From assembly GCA_965240325.2 (NCBI GenBank), contig OZ251231.1, positions 2,170,001 through 2,234,000 on the forward strand: DNA of 64,000 nt. The letters run 5' to 3'. This DNA comes from Rebecca billardiae RCC1528 (Eukaryota; Protista; Haptophyta). Under the pieces are notes generated by a model, which saw nothing but the letters and a program-made list of their open reading frames with translations, did not search any database and had not been told where the DNA came from. Numbering within the stretch: the stretch's first letter is position 1; the number at the start of each line of letters is the position of its first letter. This document shows, piece by piece, positions 42,739-55,451 of the stretch. Made by a program: the position numbers and the translations under genes.

Positions 42739-44724
42739 TCATGCGGCGGCGGTGCGCGTGACCATCCGCTGCGAGAAGGCCTGCAGCACCTCTGGGTGCG
42801 TGTCCGAGTACGCCTTGAACTCGGCCCACTCGATGCGCCCGTCGTGGTTCACGTCGACGTCCTCGAAGAGCTGCATCGCGCGCGTGTCCGACAGCGAGTG
42901 CTCGTTGCCCGGGAGCACGAGGAGGCGGCGCACCTGCTCGCGGCCGAGCGTCGCCTCGAGCGAGCCGGCGAGTGCCAGCCACGCGAAGCGCAGCGCGTCC
43001 TCCCGGTGCCGCCCGCCCGCCACGCCCGCGTTCATCAGCAGCGTGCCGAGCAGGTACTCCCTGAAGTCGAGCGTGCCCGTCTCGTCCACGTCCAGCAGTC
43101 TGAACACGCTCTCGAGCTCGGCGCGTGCGCTCGAGGGCGGCGGCGTGGCGGCGCCGCCGGGCGTGTCGGCAGCGGCGACGGCGGCGACCCACTGGTCCAG
43201 CGTGAGCTCGCCGCGCCCCTCGTGGTCGAGCGAGGCGAAGCTCGCGAGCACCTTCTTGACCGCGGCGCGGTCCGCCTCGAAGAGCGCGCCGAGCGTGTCC
43301 ATCTCCACGACCGCCGCCTGCGGCGGGAGCCGCAGCTGGCGCGCCTCGCGCTGCAGGGCGACGTCGTCGAGCGTGTGCCCCGTGCACTCGACGCCGAGCG
43401 CGGAGGCCATCACGCGGCGCACGTTGTCCCCGAAGAGCCGCGCGTCCTTCCGCTCGTCCGCCGAGGGCGCGTACGGCGGCAGGAACGTGAGCTCGAGATG
43501 GTTGACCGGCTGGCACAGGATGGCGCGCACGAGCGCACCGAGCGGCAGCCCCGCCTCCACCCACGACGGGTCGCAGTGCACGTGCGGGTAGCGCACGGCG
43601 ACGGGCTGCACGGGCACGCCCGGCGCGAACGCGCCTGCGCGCGGGGCCGCGCAGCGCGGCGGTCACGCGCACGCCACGCGCATTGGCGCCGCGCCGCGGC
43701 GCGGCGCCCCCCCCCCCCCTGCTACGCCGCGCGCGCCGCGCGCTGTGCGCGCACCGAGCTTGAAGTGGATCATGCACGTGCCGTTGGTGGTGGTGCCCTC
43801 GGGGAAGAGGCAGACCGCCGGGCCGTGCGCCCACGCCGGATCCGTCGCGCGCGCGCGGATCTCCGCGGCCACGTCCGTCCGGCTGCTCGGCGACGTGCGA
43901 TCCACCGCGATCGTCATGAGCGCGCGCGCGACCGTGCAGACGAGCGGTGTGCGCTGCACGTACTCCGCCTCGGCCACAAAGCAGCCGTCGACGAGCCACG
44001 CGAGCGCGAGCGGCTCGATGAAGGTGACGTGGTTGCACACGACCACGGGCGCGCGCGCGCGCCTCGCCGGCCGGCCGCGCACGCGGATGTAGTAGAAGCC
44101 CATCACGAACAGCATCGCGCGCAGCAGCGGCCGGATCGGCCGCGCGAGCGCGCGGCGCACGCGCGAGAGCGGGCGCGCGGCCGGCTGGCCCGGCGGCGTG
44201 TCGCGCGCGCCGAGCAGCGCGAGGCTCGCGCAGAGCCACGCCAGACCCGCGAGCACCACCAGCCCGAGCACGCGCACGGGCAGCAGCGTGTACGTGCCCA
44301 CCAGCAGCTTGGCGCGCTCGTAGCGCGACGGCCGCTTGCCAAACGTGCTCGCTATGAACGGGTTGCTCTTCGCGTGCTCGAGGGCGAGGGTGAGGCAGCT
44401 CGGCCGCCGAGGCTGCTGCAGCATCTTCTTGCGCCGATTCGCGTTCTCCTCCGCGTAGTACGCGAGGGTCGAGCGCGAGAGGAACAGCTCGGGCCGCGTG
44501 TTGACATGGATGCGCGCGCCGATGGCGAGGAACGCGCAGCTCGCTGCAACGCACGCGAGCACACGGCCGAGAGCCGACGTCGCGATGCCCGCGCAGATGG
44601 CTCGGCAGCCTTGGACGACGCTCGCCCACGCAACGGACGGCGGTGGCGGCGCGGGCATCGACGCCCGATCGGGCACGATCCGAGGCACCAGCCGACCAAT
44701 CAGCTTGAGGATGGCCGGCGCCAT
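42739..44724 (-). CDS. Lysophospholipid acyltransferase (LPEAT2/LPCAT-like) with C-terminal EF-hands (intron 43754-43635)
   Basis: Motifs VVCNHVTFIEP, FPEGTTTNG and the spliced FKLGAFAPGVPVQPV; EF-hands DVDETGTLDFRE and DVNHDGRIEWAE. N-terminus uncertain. Confidence 0.88.
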
Positions 44725-45493
44725 CCCGCCTGCGCGGTAGACGACTGATGCATGTATTTATTTGTAGGTTGTACTGACTCCCAGACTGCTGAGTGCTGAT
44801 TGATGAGTGATGACGCGTCCTGCGTGGCCGTGGCCGCGTGGCCCTCGTGGACATTCTGTATGATTCCACCGACTGGGAATCAGAGTGGTTAACAACACAT
44901 CGTCACCAATTAACTGTATATATGCTTAGTAATAAGTCTGTCGACTGTCGTACGGCAGAGCGGACTGAGACCCGTGTCAACAGCCGCGACCACCGCGGAC
45001 CGCACTCGGCACGGAGTGCACGGACCACACGGCAGCATGCGCCATGTGCCCGTGGCCACGCCGATGTGACGCACTCAAAGGCAGCAGCGCGCCAAGCATT
45101 TTGCTCGTGCGGACTGACACGACATGCGCCACCTGAAATGCGCACAGTGGCGAGCAAAATTGCCGATGGCTTCGATTTCTGGGCACCATGTGCACACAGC
45201 GGCCGGCCAGCCAGGGTCAAATAAATGATGATGATGATGATGGTGACGATGATGATGGCAGCTGCGATGGATGAGCCAAGCACGTCGGGACCCCAGCGGC
45301 GACGGGCCCTGCGAGCCTGCTCGGGAACTCATTGAGCAGAAGGACGCTTGCGTTAGTCCCACTCCCATCGATCCAGCAAGCGCTCGGTCCTCGCGTGCAG
45401 CGCGAGCACGCACTCGAAGGCAGCCGTGCGGAGAGGCTCGTGCGGCTGGCTGCCGGCCGACGGGCAGCCGAGGCGCCGAGCGGCTCGCGCTGC

Positions 45494-47199
45494 TCAGTAG
45501 ATGAACGGCACGATCTTGTACTTGACGATCTTCATGTACTGCTCGTAGTACTCGCCGTACTTCTTCTTGCACTTGTCCTCGTCGCGCTTCGCGCGGTCGA
45601 TGAGCAGGATGGTGAGGAAGATCGCGTAGAAGAGCGGCAGCGGGCCGTTGTGCACGCCCATGCCGAGCAGGCCCCACGACCACGCGGCCGTCAGCTCGAA
45701 GAGGTACTGGAAGTGGCGCGCGACGCCCCACCAGCCCGAGGCGAGGAGCAGCGAGGTGTGCGTGTCGACCTCGCCCGTCTCCGAGTTGAGCGCCTGGTAC
45801 TTGGCGCGGATGAACACCGGGTCCTTGCCCCAGATCTTGCACTTGCCCTGCTTCTCGCGGAAGATCATGCGCTGCGAGTCCGCCCAGAAGTTGAGGAACA
45901 CGCCTGCGACGCCCACGCCGAAGATGAGCAGCGCGACGGGCCAGGACAGGCCCGAGGGCGAGCGCACGAGGATGCGCGTGTGCAGCGTGTAGACCGTCGG
46001 CACCCACACGATGCAGCCCCATGTCTCGTAGAAGCCCGCCTGCGGCGGGCGCACGGGTGTGGGCTCGCACCTCGGCGCGTGAGCGGCCGCGCGCGCGCGG
46101 CGCGGCACTCCGCCGTGCAGCGGCCACGCACCCTGTCCACGATGATGTCGATCGAGCGCATGTACCCCATCTCCCAGATGAAGAACTTGAAGAGGTACAC
46201 CAGCTGTGAGACTGCCGAGAGCACGATCGCAGGGTCGACGTAGCCGTGCATCGTGTACGAGCTGGCGCGCGCGCGGGTCGTGGCCGGGGGCGCAGCGCAC
46301 GCGGGCGAGTCAGCACGGCCGCGCCGGGCGCGCGCACACGCGGCAGGACGCACGCGCCGCACCCGGCGCGCGCGGCGCCGTGCAGCCGCCCGCGGCGATG
46401 CTCGCGCGCGCGCCGCGCACCGGTACGCGAAGGAGACGCCGGCGAGCATCCAGAACGACATGCTGAAGCGGCAGTTGACGAACTTCTTCACGTCCACGCC
46501 GCCCAGTCGCGGGTACAGCTCGCCGCCCCAGTAGTAGTCGAAGATGAAGCCGTGGCCGGACGGGCCCGAGTCCGCGGTCGACGGGAAGTACATGCCCTTC
46601 ACGTACAGGAAGAGGCAGAACACCAGCCCGAAGAAGTTGAGCGCGCCGACCGTGGGCGCGAAGCAGTCGTAGATGATGCCCAGGTCGTACCAGCCCAGGT
46701 ACGCGCCCAGCAGGAACATGAACGTGAACAGGAAGAAGTGCGCGACGCCGTTGTCCTCGTACTCAGGCGTGTGGCCCGTCGGCGTGATCGGCCCGCACTT
46801 CACCGGTCCGGGCCACCAGTACACCAGCAGCGCGGCGAAGTTGAAGACGAAGAGGAAGGCCCATGCGACGTTATCGCCGATCCCCGCGTAGACAAACGAG
46901 TCGGCAAGCAGGCCGGTCACGCCGTGTTTGAGGCTGTACGCGTACATGCCACCGAGCGTTGGCGACTGGACCGCAGGCGAGCACGTGACGAAGGAGAGCA
47001 CCATGCACAGGGGCGGGCAGGGCAGCAGCAGCAGCAGCGGGCCGAAGCGCGTATACAGCTTCTGCCCCATTGTCAAGTCGTCAGCCTCGAGCTCGGCGAC
47101 CTTGGGCTTGTCCCCGGACTTCTTCGCGCTCACCGGGGGCGGCTTGGCGCCTGGGCGCGCTGGGCTCGGCGAGCGGCCGCGACGCTTCAGCTCCGACAT
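45494..47199 (-). CDS. DHCR7: 7-dehydrocholesterol (sterol delta-7) reductase, DWF5/DHCR7-like (introns 46420-46262 and 46131-46040)
   Basis: Motifs DYYWGGELYPR, DVKKFVNCRF, WEMGYMRSIDIIVDRAGFYETWGC, LLASGWWGVARHFQY, DRAKRDEDKCKKKYG. Confidence 0.92.
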
Positions 47200-47488
47200 G
47201 CTGCGAGATGCGCCGGCGCGCTGATGCGCGACTAGATGAGCTCGATCGATCGAAGCCTCGGCTGCGTTCGCGGTGTTTTTGTTCGGTGTCCGGTGCAGCA
47301 GCGTTGGCGACTCCAGCAGTTCGTAGATTCGTCAGCGCCGCCATTCTGATCATTCTTCGTGGCCGGAGGAAAAGGAGGCAGACGACGACACCCTGGCGGG
47401 CGCTGGGGTCGCCGTCGCCCAGGGCCTCTGCGGCGAGGACGGAGTGTGCCCGCTCGGGGGCTGCGGCACGCACTCGCCGTTCGCCGCC

Positions 47489-48526
47489 ATGTCCGTTCCG
47501 CCACCCAAGCCGTGGGAGCGCGCAGGCGCGTCTCTGCTCAACGGTGCGGGGTACGGCGCGGCCGTCACGGCGCGCACGCCGGCCGCGACGGGCATTGGCA
47601 GTGCGCACTCAGCTGGCCACTCGGCGGCGAACGCGTCACACAGTCCGCTCGGCGCAGCAGCGTCTTCCGCAGGCGGCCATGTGGGGGCCTCCTCCGCGCT
47701 GCATGGGCCGGCTGCCATCGGTGCAGCCGCGCCGGGCGGGCACAGCGCGTACACGCCGCCCAGCACGTACGGCGGCGGGTACGGCGGTGGGTTCGGCGGG
47801 TACGGCGGTTACGGGAGTGGGTACGGCGGCGCGTACGGGAGTGGGTATGGCGGCACGTACGGCGGGTACGGCGGCGGCGCGTACGGCGGGTACGGCGGCG
47901 GGTACGGCAGGCCCAACTTCCTGGGTGGCCTCAGCCCGGCTGGCGGCTTCCTCGGCCAGCCGCCGCCGGGCGAGATCAGCGGCCTGCTGCCGGACTCGCT
48001 CGGCGGCGGGCTGCGCTCGATAGAGCAGGCGATGGTACGGCGCGCGCCGCACTCGCGCCCGCGCCCGACTGTCGGCCGCCGCATGGCCGTGCCCTGGCCG
48101 TGCTGCGCGCCTGCTCACGTGCCTCTCGCGCCGCGCGTGCCGTGCCCGCGGCCCACGCCGTGCGGCCGCGCGCAGTTTACGTTTGGCCGGCTCACGCAGC
48201 TGCTCGAGATGAACTTCGAGACGCTGCACCACTTCCTCGGCGCGCTCGGCGCGTTCGCCGAGCGCGTGCGCGCCGTCTCCGGCGAGTTCTCCTCGCTCGG
48301 CGTGAGCGTGCGCCGCCAGTCCATCGAGTTTGGCGAGGCGAGCGTCGCTCGGCTGCACCAGCTGCGAGGCCGGCCGCGCCGGCTGGCGGCGGTGCTGCTG
48401 CTCGTGCTCGCGCTCGTCCTGCGCGCCGTGCTGCGCGCGCGCGGCTCGAGGGGCGCGCCCCGAGGGCGGACGACGCGCCGGCTGCGCCTCGAGAGTGCGT
48501 GGGAAGCGCCGCGAAGTCACAGCTGA
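47489..48526 (+). CDS. PEX13: Peroxin 13-like (plant-type, no SH3 visible; probable in-frame intron 48035-48175)
   Basis: N-terminal PPPKPWER, a YGG-rich tract, FGRLTQLLEMNFETLH and a TM segment. Confidence 0.75.
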   Translation: MSVPPPKPWERAGASLLNGAGYGAAVTARTPAATGIGSAHSAGHSAANASHSPLGAAASSAGGHVGASSALHGPAAIGAAAPGGHSAYTPPSTYGGGYGGGFGGYGGYGSGYGGAYGSGYGGTYGGYGGGAYGGYGGGYGRPNFLGGLSPAGGFLGQPPPGEISGLLPDSLGGGLRSIEQAMVRRAPHSRPRPTVGRRMAVPWPCCAPAHVPLAPRVPCPRPTPCGRAQFTFGRLTQLLEMNFETLHHFLGALGAFAERVRAVSGEFSSLGVSVRRQSIEFGEASVARLHQLRGRPRRLAAVLLLVLALVLRAVLRARGSRGAPRGRTTRRLRLESAWEAPRSHS

Positions 48527-49214
48527 CGCAACCAGTCCGGCGACGATCGGCGGGCGTCCGTGGCGTCTGCCTGACGAGTGATCACGCAGCGGTCTCTCGT
48601 GACTCACTCCTGAGCTACGGCGCCATCGGCTCACGCGCGGTACGGCTCTGCCTCGGCTTCCTGTGCGACACCGTCGCCGTCGACCAGGCACTTCACGGCC
48701 GCGCGAGCGGCGGTGGGATGCCGCGGGGATGCCGCGGCCACAGACTGCCCGGAATCATACGACGCCGTGCCCGTGAACCGTCAGTACCCGAAAGCCGTGC
48801 GGTACTACGCTGAAGTGCCTTGCCGTTGGAAGCCGCAGCAGTGCTCAGGCACACGCGCCGATCACTCCCGGCGGCAGTGACTCAGTACCGCCTTCAGGCT
48901 TCAGCCACTAACAGCCACCGCCCACCGGCGGGAGTCACAGTCACGCCGCCGACACTGACGCACAGGCGGCTACAGCTACAAGCACTCGAGCACTTCGACC
49001 GCCATCGTGCATTCACGCCATCCAGCGGAACTCACGACAAGCCAGGCTTGCACCAAGGCCGGCACGCTTGCCGCGACTCGTCGTCGTCGTCTCCGCCGCT
49101 CGCTCCAGGCGACGGTCCGGGCGGACGGCAGCCACGCGCTCGCGGGCGCGGGCTGGCAAGACGCACCCGCTGGGGAGCGCGCCCTGAGCCAAGCTCGAGC
49201 CGCCACCCTGCGCC

Positions 49215-51364
49215 ATGGCCGAGCCTGCCGCCGAGCAAATGCCCAACGGGCACGCGGCCGGTGCGGCGGCGAGCGCCAAGTCAAAGGCGGAGCTGGCGCG
49301 CATGGAGCGCAACCGGAAGAAGAAGCAGCACCGCAAGCAGGCCAAGCGGCAGCAGAAGAGCGCGGGTGCCGACGGCGCAGACGCGGGTGCCGACGCGCGT
49401 GATGCCGCGGGCGCCCCAGCGGCCGCGGCCGACGTGGCCGACACGAGCGCCGTCGCCGTGGAGTACGTGTCGAAGCGAGACGAGGTGGCGTCAGACCCGG
49501 CGTTCGAGGAGTTCTCGAAGGTGTTCGAGCGCTTCTCGACCGCCGAAGAGCTGCTCGGCGCCAAGCCCGCGGCGGACGACGAGCGCGAGGATGGCGACGG
49601 TGCGGACGAGGCGGGCGGCCGCGCCGAGCACGAGGGCGCGGACGGCGACGGGGCCGACGGCGAGGCCGCGCCGTCGAAGCGCAAGCTGCGGAAGGAGCTC
49701 CGGCTCACCGTCGCCGAGCTGAAGCGCTCCGTCGCGCGCCCCGAGGTCATCGAGCAGTGGGACATCTCCGCACCGGACCCCCTGCTGCTCGCGCACCTCA
49801 AGGCGTATCGCAACGTGGTGCCTGTGCCGCGGCACTGGTCGCAGAAGCGGGCGTACCTGCAGGGCAAGCGCGGCGTGGAGAAGAAGCCGTTCCAGCTGCC
49901 CGGTGCGCGCGCCGCGGCGGGCGGCGCGCCCGGGGCTCCGTCGGCGGCGTGTGCGCGCGTGCGCTCGCTCCCGCGCCCGGCCCTGACCACCCGCTCCGCG
50001 CCCGGCGCCGTCCTGTCCCGCGCGCGCAGAGTTCATCGCCGCCACTGGGATCGAGAAGATCCGGCAGGCAGTCGCCGAGAAGGATGACGCGAAGAAGCTC
50101 AAGCAGAAGGCGCGCGAGTCGATGCGGCCCAAGATGTCCCGCGTCGACCTCGACTACCAGGTGCGCGCGCGGCGCGCGCACGGCCGGCCCCGCCCGCGCT
50201 CGCTCGCGCGCGCGCTCGCGCCGTGCGCCGTTTTGCGCTGAGGCCACGCCCTGCCCACAAACCCCGCGCTGCCGCTGCCGCCGCCGCCGCGCGCGCCCCG
50301 GCGCCCCCTGCGCGCGCGCGCGCGCGTGCCGTGCGCAGGTGCTGCACGACGCCTTCTTCAAGTACCAGACCAAGCCCAAGATGAGCGGGCACGGAGACCT
50401 GTACTACGAGGGCAAGGAGTCGGAGACGCACCTGCGCGAGCTGCGGCCAGGCAAGCTGTCGGCGGACGCGCGGCAGGCGCTGGGGATGGGCGACGACCCG
50501 CTCACGCCCACGCCGTGGCTGGTGAACATGCAGCGGTACGGGCCGCCGCCCTCCTTCCCCAACCTGCGCATCCCGGGGCTCAACGCGCCGCTGCCCGAGG
50601 GCGCCTCGTATGGGCACCACCCGGGCGGCTGGGGCAAGCCGCCCGTCGACGAGAACGGCGCGCCGCTGTACGGCGACCCGTTCGGGGCGCCCACGCCGCT
50701 GCCCGCGCACGGCGGGATGAACGGCGCGCCGCCGCCGCCCGCGTTGGGCGTCGGCGCCGGGCTCGTCGACGCGGACGGGCTGTGGGGCGAGCCCGACGCA
50801 GACGACTCCGACTCTGAGGACGAGTCAGACGCCGAGCTCGACGGCGCCAACGGCGCGGCCTCGCTCTCGGACGCGGAGGTGGCGCGCGGCATCTCGTCGA
50901 CCGTCACCACCGACACGGGCGTGGCCACGCCCGCCTCGATCCACCTGCGCAAGGAGCGGCAGGCGGGCATCGACACGCCCGGCTCGGGCGCGGACACGCC
51001 CGCGCACGGCGCCGCGGCGCTCGGCGCGCCGGACGCGCCCCCGCGCGCGCTGTACACCGTGCTCGAGCAGCAGGCCACGAGCGTCGGCGCCGCCACGTTT
51101 GGCTCGACGCACACGTACGCGCTGCCGCCCGCGGGCGGCGCGGCCGGCCGCGCGAAGCAGCCGGCGGGGGCGCGCGGCGGAGACGTGCAGGTGGCGCTCG
51201 ACCCGAGCGAGCTCGAGCACCTGGACGAGGCGACGCTCAAGGCGCGGTACGACGCGACACTCGCTGCCGCCAAGCGCGAGCGCGAGGCGGGCCGCGAGGA
51301 CCTGAGCGGCATGGTCGAGGAGCACGAGGCGCGCAAGCGGCGCAAGCAGCAGGCGCAGGGGCAG
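49215..51364 (+). CDS. SF3B2: Splicing factor 3B subunit 2 (introns 49903-50029 and 50161-50338; 3' end after 51364 unresolved)
   Basis: Motifs LTVAELK, VPVPRHWSQKRAYLQGKRG, LHDAFFKYQTKP, PWLVNMQRYGPPPSFPNLRIPGLNAP, GGWGKPPVDE. Confidence 0.93.
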
Positions 51365-52522
51365 GTGCGCGCGCGCGCGCTGCGGACGCATGTCAGCCTC
51401 TGCGCCCGCTCCCGCCGCTCGCACGCGCGCGCGCTCGCGCGCTCACGCCGCGTGCCCATCCCGCGCGTGCAACGATGCACCACCATGTATCTGCCACACC
51501 CGTGGTTTAACGTCACTACGATGACGATCGATCATCGACGCCGTTGCGACGTGCCACGCAACATGGACGCGCTGCATCCGGCGCGTCGGCATCCCCACCG
51601 GCACCTTCGACCGTGCCGTCTGCTGTGACCACCGCGCGCGTACCACTACCAGAGCGGAGGCGATGGCAGGAAGTAGCGGCTTGCGCATGCATTTTTTTCT
51701 CATCATACAACTATGCAAGTGCTGACGATGGCCGACTACACAGTAGCTAGTATACATCATGCAAGCTCGTCTAACTAGTACTATATACGACGCGCGTATA
51801 TATATATACTACTTTAATAAAAATAATTTAATTCAGTTTAAAAAGACATACTACAGCGCATTGGCACTCGCCGTCAGTCAGTGATGCTTCTAAGACCGAG
51901 ACCGCGTGACTCAACGCGCAGTAGTGCCGCCGGTATACGCCTATACGGATCGACGCGACGACAGCAGCGAGCCTGCTGTGTGAGTCAGTCATCAGTGTCT
52001 AATAAGTGACGTCTGACGGCACTGAGCTGCTGTGAGTGTGACTGACCGACTCAGTCCGTGATCACAGACGACACAGTCCGGTGAATCAGACTCGGTGCTG
52101 GTAACTCGCACGACTTATTATTCGTCGCAGCAGTATTATATTATTATTGCATGACAAGAGTCAAGCAGACGACGTCGACTCGTCACGGCCAGTCGTATTA
52201 TAATATATATAATAAGTAGTCCAGTTAATTTAACCGGACGTGACTTCTGGCGCCGCGGCGCCTGCACTCGCCCACGGCCACTGGCACTCCACGACCAAGC
52301 AGCCACCGGCATCAAGTTTGGCCGACGGTAATATTGATGCCACTACGAGTAGGACTAGCTACTCTGCGCCCTCCGCGGACTGCGGCGCACCTCACGCCGA
52401 GGACTCAGCGCCTGCTCTCATCAGTCTTCACCGCGTCACGGCCACACTCCGTGCCGCGCGCACATGCGCGGCGGCCGCTCCTCCTGCTCGTGAGTCGTGT
52501 CGTCGTCAAGTCGAGTATCGAC

Positions 52523-53386
52523 TCAGCCAGATGCGCCCGAGCGCATGAAGGAGGGCAGCCACGTATTCGTGCCTGCCCCCTGCGCGGGAGTCGCCGCTGC
52601 GTCCGACGTGGCGGCGCTGCTGCCACCATCGCCTTCCTGGAGGGGGCCGCCTCCCTTGGACGCACTCTCGGCGGCAGCCTCCGCCGCCGCGGGGGCTGCC
52701 TCCGCCACCGCCGCCACCTGGATCGCTTCGGGCGCATTCTCCAGGTTGACGATGAGCACGGCTGAGAAGCCGAGGAACGAGAAGACGATCTTGACCCTCT
52801 TTTCGCGTGCGTGGCGGCCGACAAAGCCAGCGGCGCCTGCGGTGAGCCCGAGCGTTGCCTGACCAGAGGCGCCGACCATTCGGAAGCCATCCGTGTTCTC
52901 CCAGCCCAGCGCAAGCTTTGCGCTCGTCCCGATGCCGATGATACCTGCGCTAACCTCTAGCGTGATGTCCGCCGTCTTGCTCTCAAGCGCGGGCTTGAGC
53001 TGCAGGCCGCATTGGCGTGCGATCAGCCGCAGCAGGTCTGCCTGGTTGGTCACGACGAATTTGGTCAGCTCGGCGACGAACTCGCCGAGCTTGGGCACGT
53101 CACTGTCCATCTCGAGGTTCTTGATGGCCTCCCTGAAGTTGCGGCCGTGACTGCGCCCGCGCACGCTCGCGCCAGCACCCATGTGCACGTCAAGGCCGTT
53201 GCGCACGTCGCCGATCCCGATGCCCGCGTTCAGATTGCGCGACTCGACGCCGAATTGCATCTGGGGCTTGATAGACGCGCCATTCGACGTGATGTCCACG
53301 AACCCGAGGCTGACCTTCCATCCCTCCTTCTTGCTCGCCGGCTGGCTACTCGCCGGCGCGGCAGCGGTCGGAGCGGCGGACGTCAT
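52523..53386 (-). CDS. Hypothetical protein, beta-rich and Gly-rich
   Basis: About 287-aa ORF with balanced composition and host codon usage; no family recognised. Confidence 0.65.
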   Translation of the reverse strand: MTSAAPTAAAPASSQPASKKEGWKVSLGFVDITSNGASIKPQMQFGVESRNLNAGIGIGDVRNGLDVHMGAGASVRGRSHGRNFREAIKNLEMDSDVPKLGEFVAELTKFVVTNQADLLRLIARQCGLQLKPALESKTADITLEVSAGIIGIGTSAKLALGWENTDGFRMVGASGQATLGLTAGAAGFVGRHAREKRVKIVFSFLGFSAVLIVNLENAPEAIQVAAVAEAAPAAAEAAAESASKGGGPLQEGDGGSSAATSDAAATPAQGAGTNTWLPSFMRSGASG

Positions 53387-53537
53387 GCTCACGGAAGGCG
53401 GAAAGGGCGGAAATGAAGGAAATGACGATGACGCTTATAATGTGACATCATCCACCGCCGCCGCCGCAGCACCCTCGGTCGGTAGGAATCGACCAACCGT
53501 CGACCGTCGTCGCGCTCGGCGGACTCGCGCCCACGTG

Positions 53538-55451
53538 ATGGCGGCAGTGTCGGCCACGCGATATTTAAAGCTATGCGATGACGTCGTCGACCAGTGCGGG
53601 AGTGCTGACCGCACGGTGCGCGCGGCTGCCTGCGCCTCGGCGGCTGTGGCTGCATCGTCGCCGCCAGCCTCGCCCAGATGGGTGCGCTTTTCGCCCGCGC
53701 CGCCGGCGTGGCTCCCCGCTCTGAGCGCCGAGCCCGACGCCAACCTGCGATTCGCGCGCTCGCCGGCCGAGATCGCGCGCTTCTCGTCCACCGCGCGCGA
53801 GCGGTGGACGTCTGAAGCGACGTTCATTCTCGCGGCGGTGGGCTGCTCGATTGGCTTCGGCAACGTGTGGCGCTTCCCCATGCTGGCGTACGAGTACGGC
53901 GGCGGCGCCTTCCTCGTGCCGTACACGCTGGCGCTGTTTGTGCTCACCATCCCGATGGTGGTCCTCGAGTTTGGGCTCGGCCAGATGCACCAGGCGTCGC
54001 ACCCGGGCATGGTCTCGCGCCTCGCGCCGGGGGCCGGCGCCTTGGGCTGGGCGACGACGGTCGGCGTCTACCTCGTCACAATGTGGTTCCAGGCTCTGCT
54101 CGCGTACTGCGCGGTGTACGCGTGCGCGTGCGCGCTCACGCCGCTGCCGTGGAGCGGGGCTGAGGGCGCGGCCGGCTTCTACGCGCGCGTGATCGACGCG
54201 TCGGGCTCGGGCTTCGAGCTGGGCGCGCTGGTGCCCTGGCTTGTCGGCGCGTACGCGCTGGTGTGGGCGTGCGTGTTTGCGGGCGCGCGCGGGCTCGCCT
54301 CCAGCCTCGGCCGGCTGTGCGAGCTGCTCGTGCCGCTGCCGCTGCTCGTGCTCGGCGCGCTGCTCGTGCGCGGCCTGACGCTCGAGGGCGCCGCGCACGG
54401 CGTGCGCGAGCTCTTCACGCCGCGGTGGTCGGTCCTGCTCGAGCGCCCCGACATCTGGCCCATCGCGATCTCGCAGAGCTTCTTCTCGACCGGCGCGGGC
54501 AGCAGCTCGCTCACCACGTACGCGTCCTACAACTCGCGCTCCAGCCGCGTGCTCAGGCCGGCGCTGGTCGTGCCGATCGCAAACGCGTGCTTCTCGCTGG
54601 TGGCCGCGACGGTCGTGTTCGCCTTCCTCGGCCACCTCTCGCACACCACCGGCGTGCCGCTCGCCCAGGTCGCCGTGGGCGGCTCGTCGCTCGCGTTCGA
54701 GGTGTTCCCGCAGGTGCTCGCGCTGATGCCGTGGCCGCGCGCGTGGTCGGTGGCCTTCTTCCTCATGCTGCTCAACATCGGGCTCACCTCGGCCGCGGCG
54801 CAGACGTCGCCCCTCTGCGTCGCGCTCATCGAGCTGGGCAAGCGGCGGGGCGGCTGGCTCGCCAGCGAGAAGCTCGTGCCAGTGCTCGTGCACGCCGTCG
54901 GCTTCGGGCTCGGCCTGGTGTACGTGACGCGCGCGGGCCCGTTCTGGATCGACATTGGCAACCACTACCTGCCGCTGCTGAACAACACGCTCGCCGCGCT
55001 GTACGAGGCGCTGCTGGTGGGCGCCGTGTACGGCGCGCCTCGGCTGCTGCGCGAGCTCAGCGAGGCCACGGGCGAGCGCACGCCGCGCGTGCACCACGCC
55101 CTCGCGTTCATCTGGCAGTGGGTGCTCCCGCCTTCGATCGGGGCCGTCCTGCTGATCGCGCTGCGCGCAGAGGGCGTGCAGCCGTACGGCGGGTACAGCA
55201 GCGGCTTCCGCGCGGTTGGGTGGGCGCTCGGTGCCGGTCCGATGGCCGCTGCGTCGATGGCCGCCGTCGCCATGGCGGCCGCGCGCTCGTCGCGATGCAG
55301 TGCCGTGGGTGCTGCAGCCCGCCGCCAAGGCGACGCGCAGAAGCGAGCCAGCGACTGCTGCGAGTGCGACGGCCTGTCGGACGCAGCCGGCTCGGCCGTT
55401 TGGTTTGACGCCGAGCAGGCGGCTGTCGTCACTGCCACCGGCGATGAGTGA
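53538..55451 (+). CDS. Sodium:neurotransmitter symporter (SLC6/NSS) family transporter
   Basis: RERW...FILAAVGCSIGFGNVWRFP...GGGAFLVPY, QSFFSTG, YASYN, LAFEVFP; about 12 TM helices. Confidence 0.92.
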   Translation: MAAVSATRYLKLCDDVVDQCGSADRTVRAAACASAAVAASSPPASPRWVRFSPAPPAWLPALSAEPDANLRFARSPAEIARFSSTARERWTSEATFILAAVGCSIGFGNVWRFPMLAYEYGGGAFLVPYTLALFVLTIPMVVLEFGLGQMHQASHPGMVSRLAPGAGALGWATTVGVYLVTMWFQALLAYCAVYACACALTPLPWSGAEGAAGFYARVIDASGSGFELGALVPWLVGAYALVWACVFAGARGLASSLGRLCELLVPLPLLVLGALLVRGLTLEGAAHGVRELFTPRWSVLLERPDIWPIAISQSFFSTGAGSSSLTTYASYNSRSSRVLRPALVVPIANACFSLVAATVVFAFLGHLSHTTGVPLAQVAVGGSSLAFEVFPQVLALMPWPRAWSVAFFLMLLNIGLTSAAAQTSPLCVALIELGKRRGGWLASEKLVPVLVHAVGFGLGLVYVTRAGPFWIDIGNHYLPLLNNTLAALYEALLVGAVYGAPRLLRELSEATGERTPRVHHALAFIWQWVLPPSIGAVLLIALRAEGVQPYGGYSSGFRAVGWALGAGPMAAASMAAVAMAAARSSRCSAVGAAARRQGDAQKRASDCCECDGLSDAAGSAVWFDAEQAAVVTATGDE

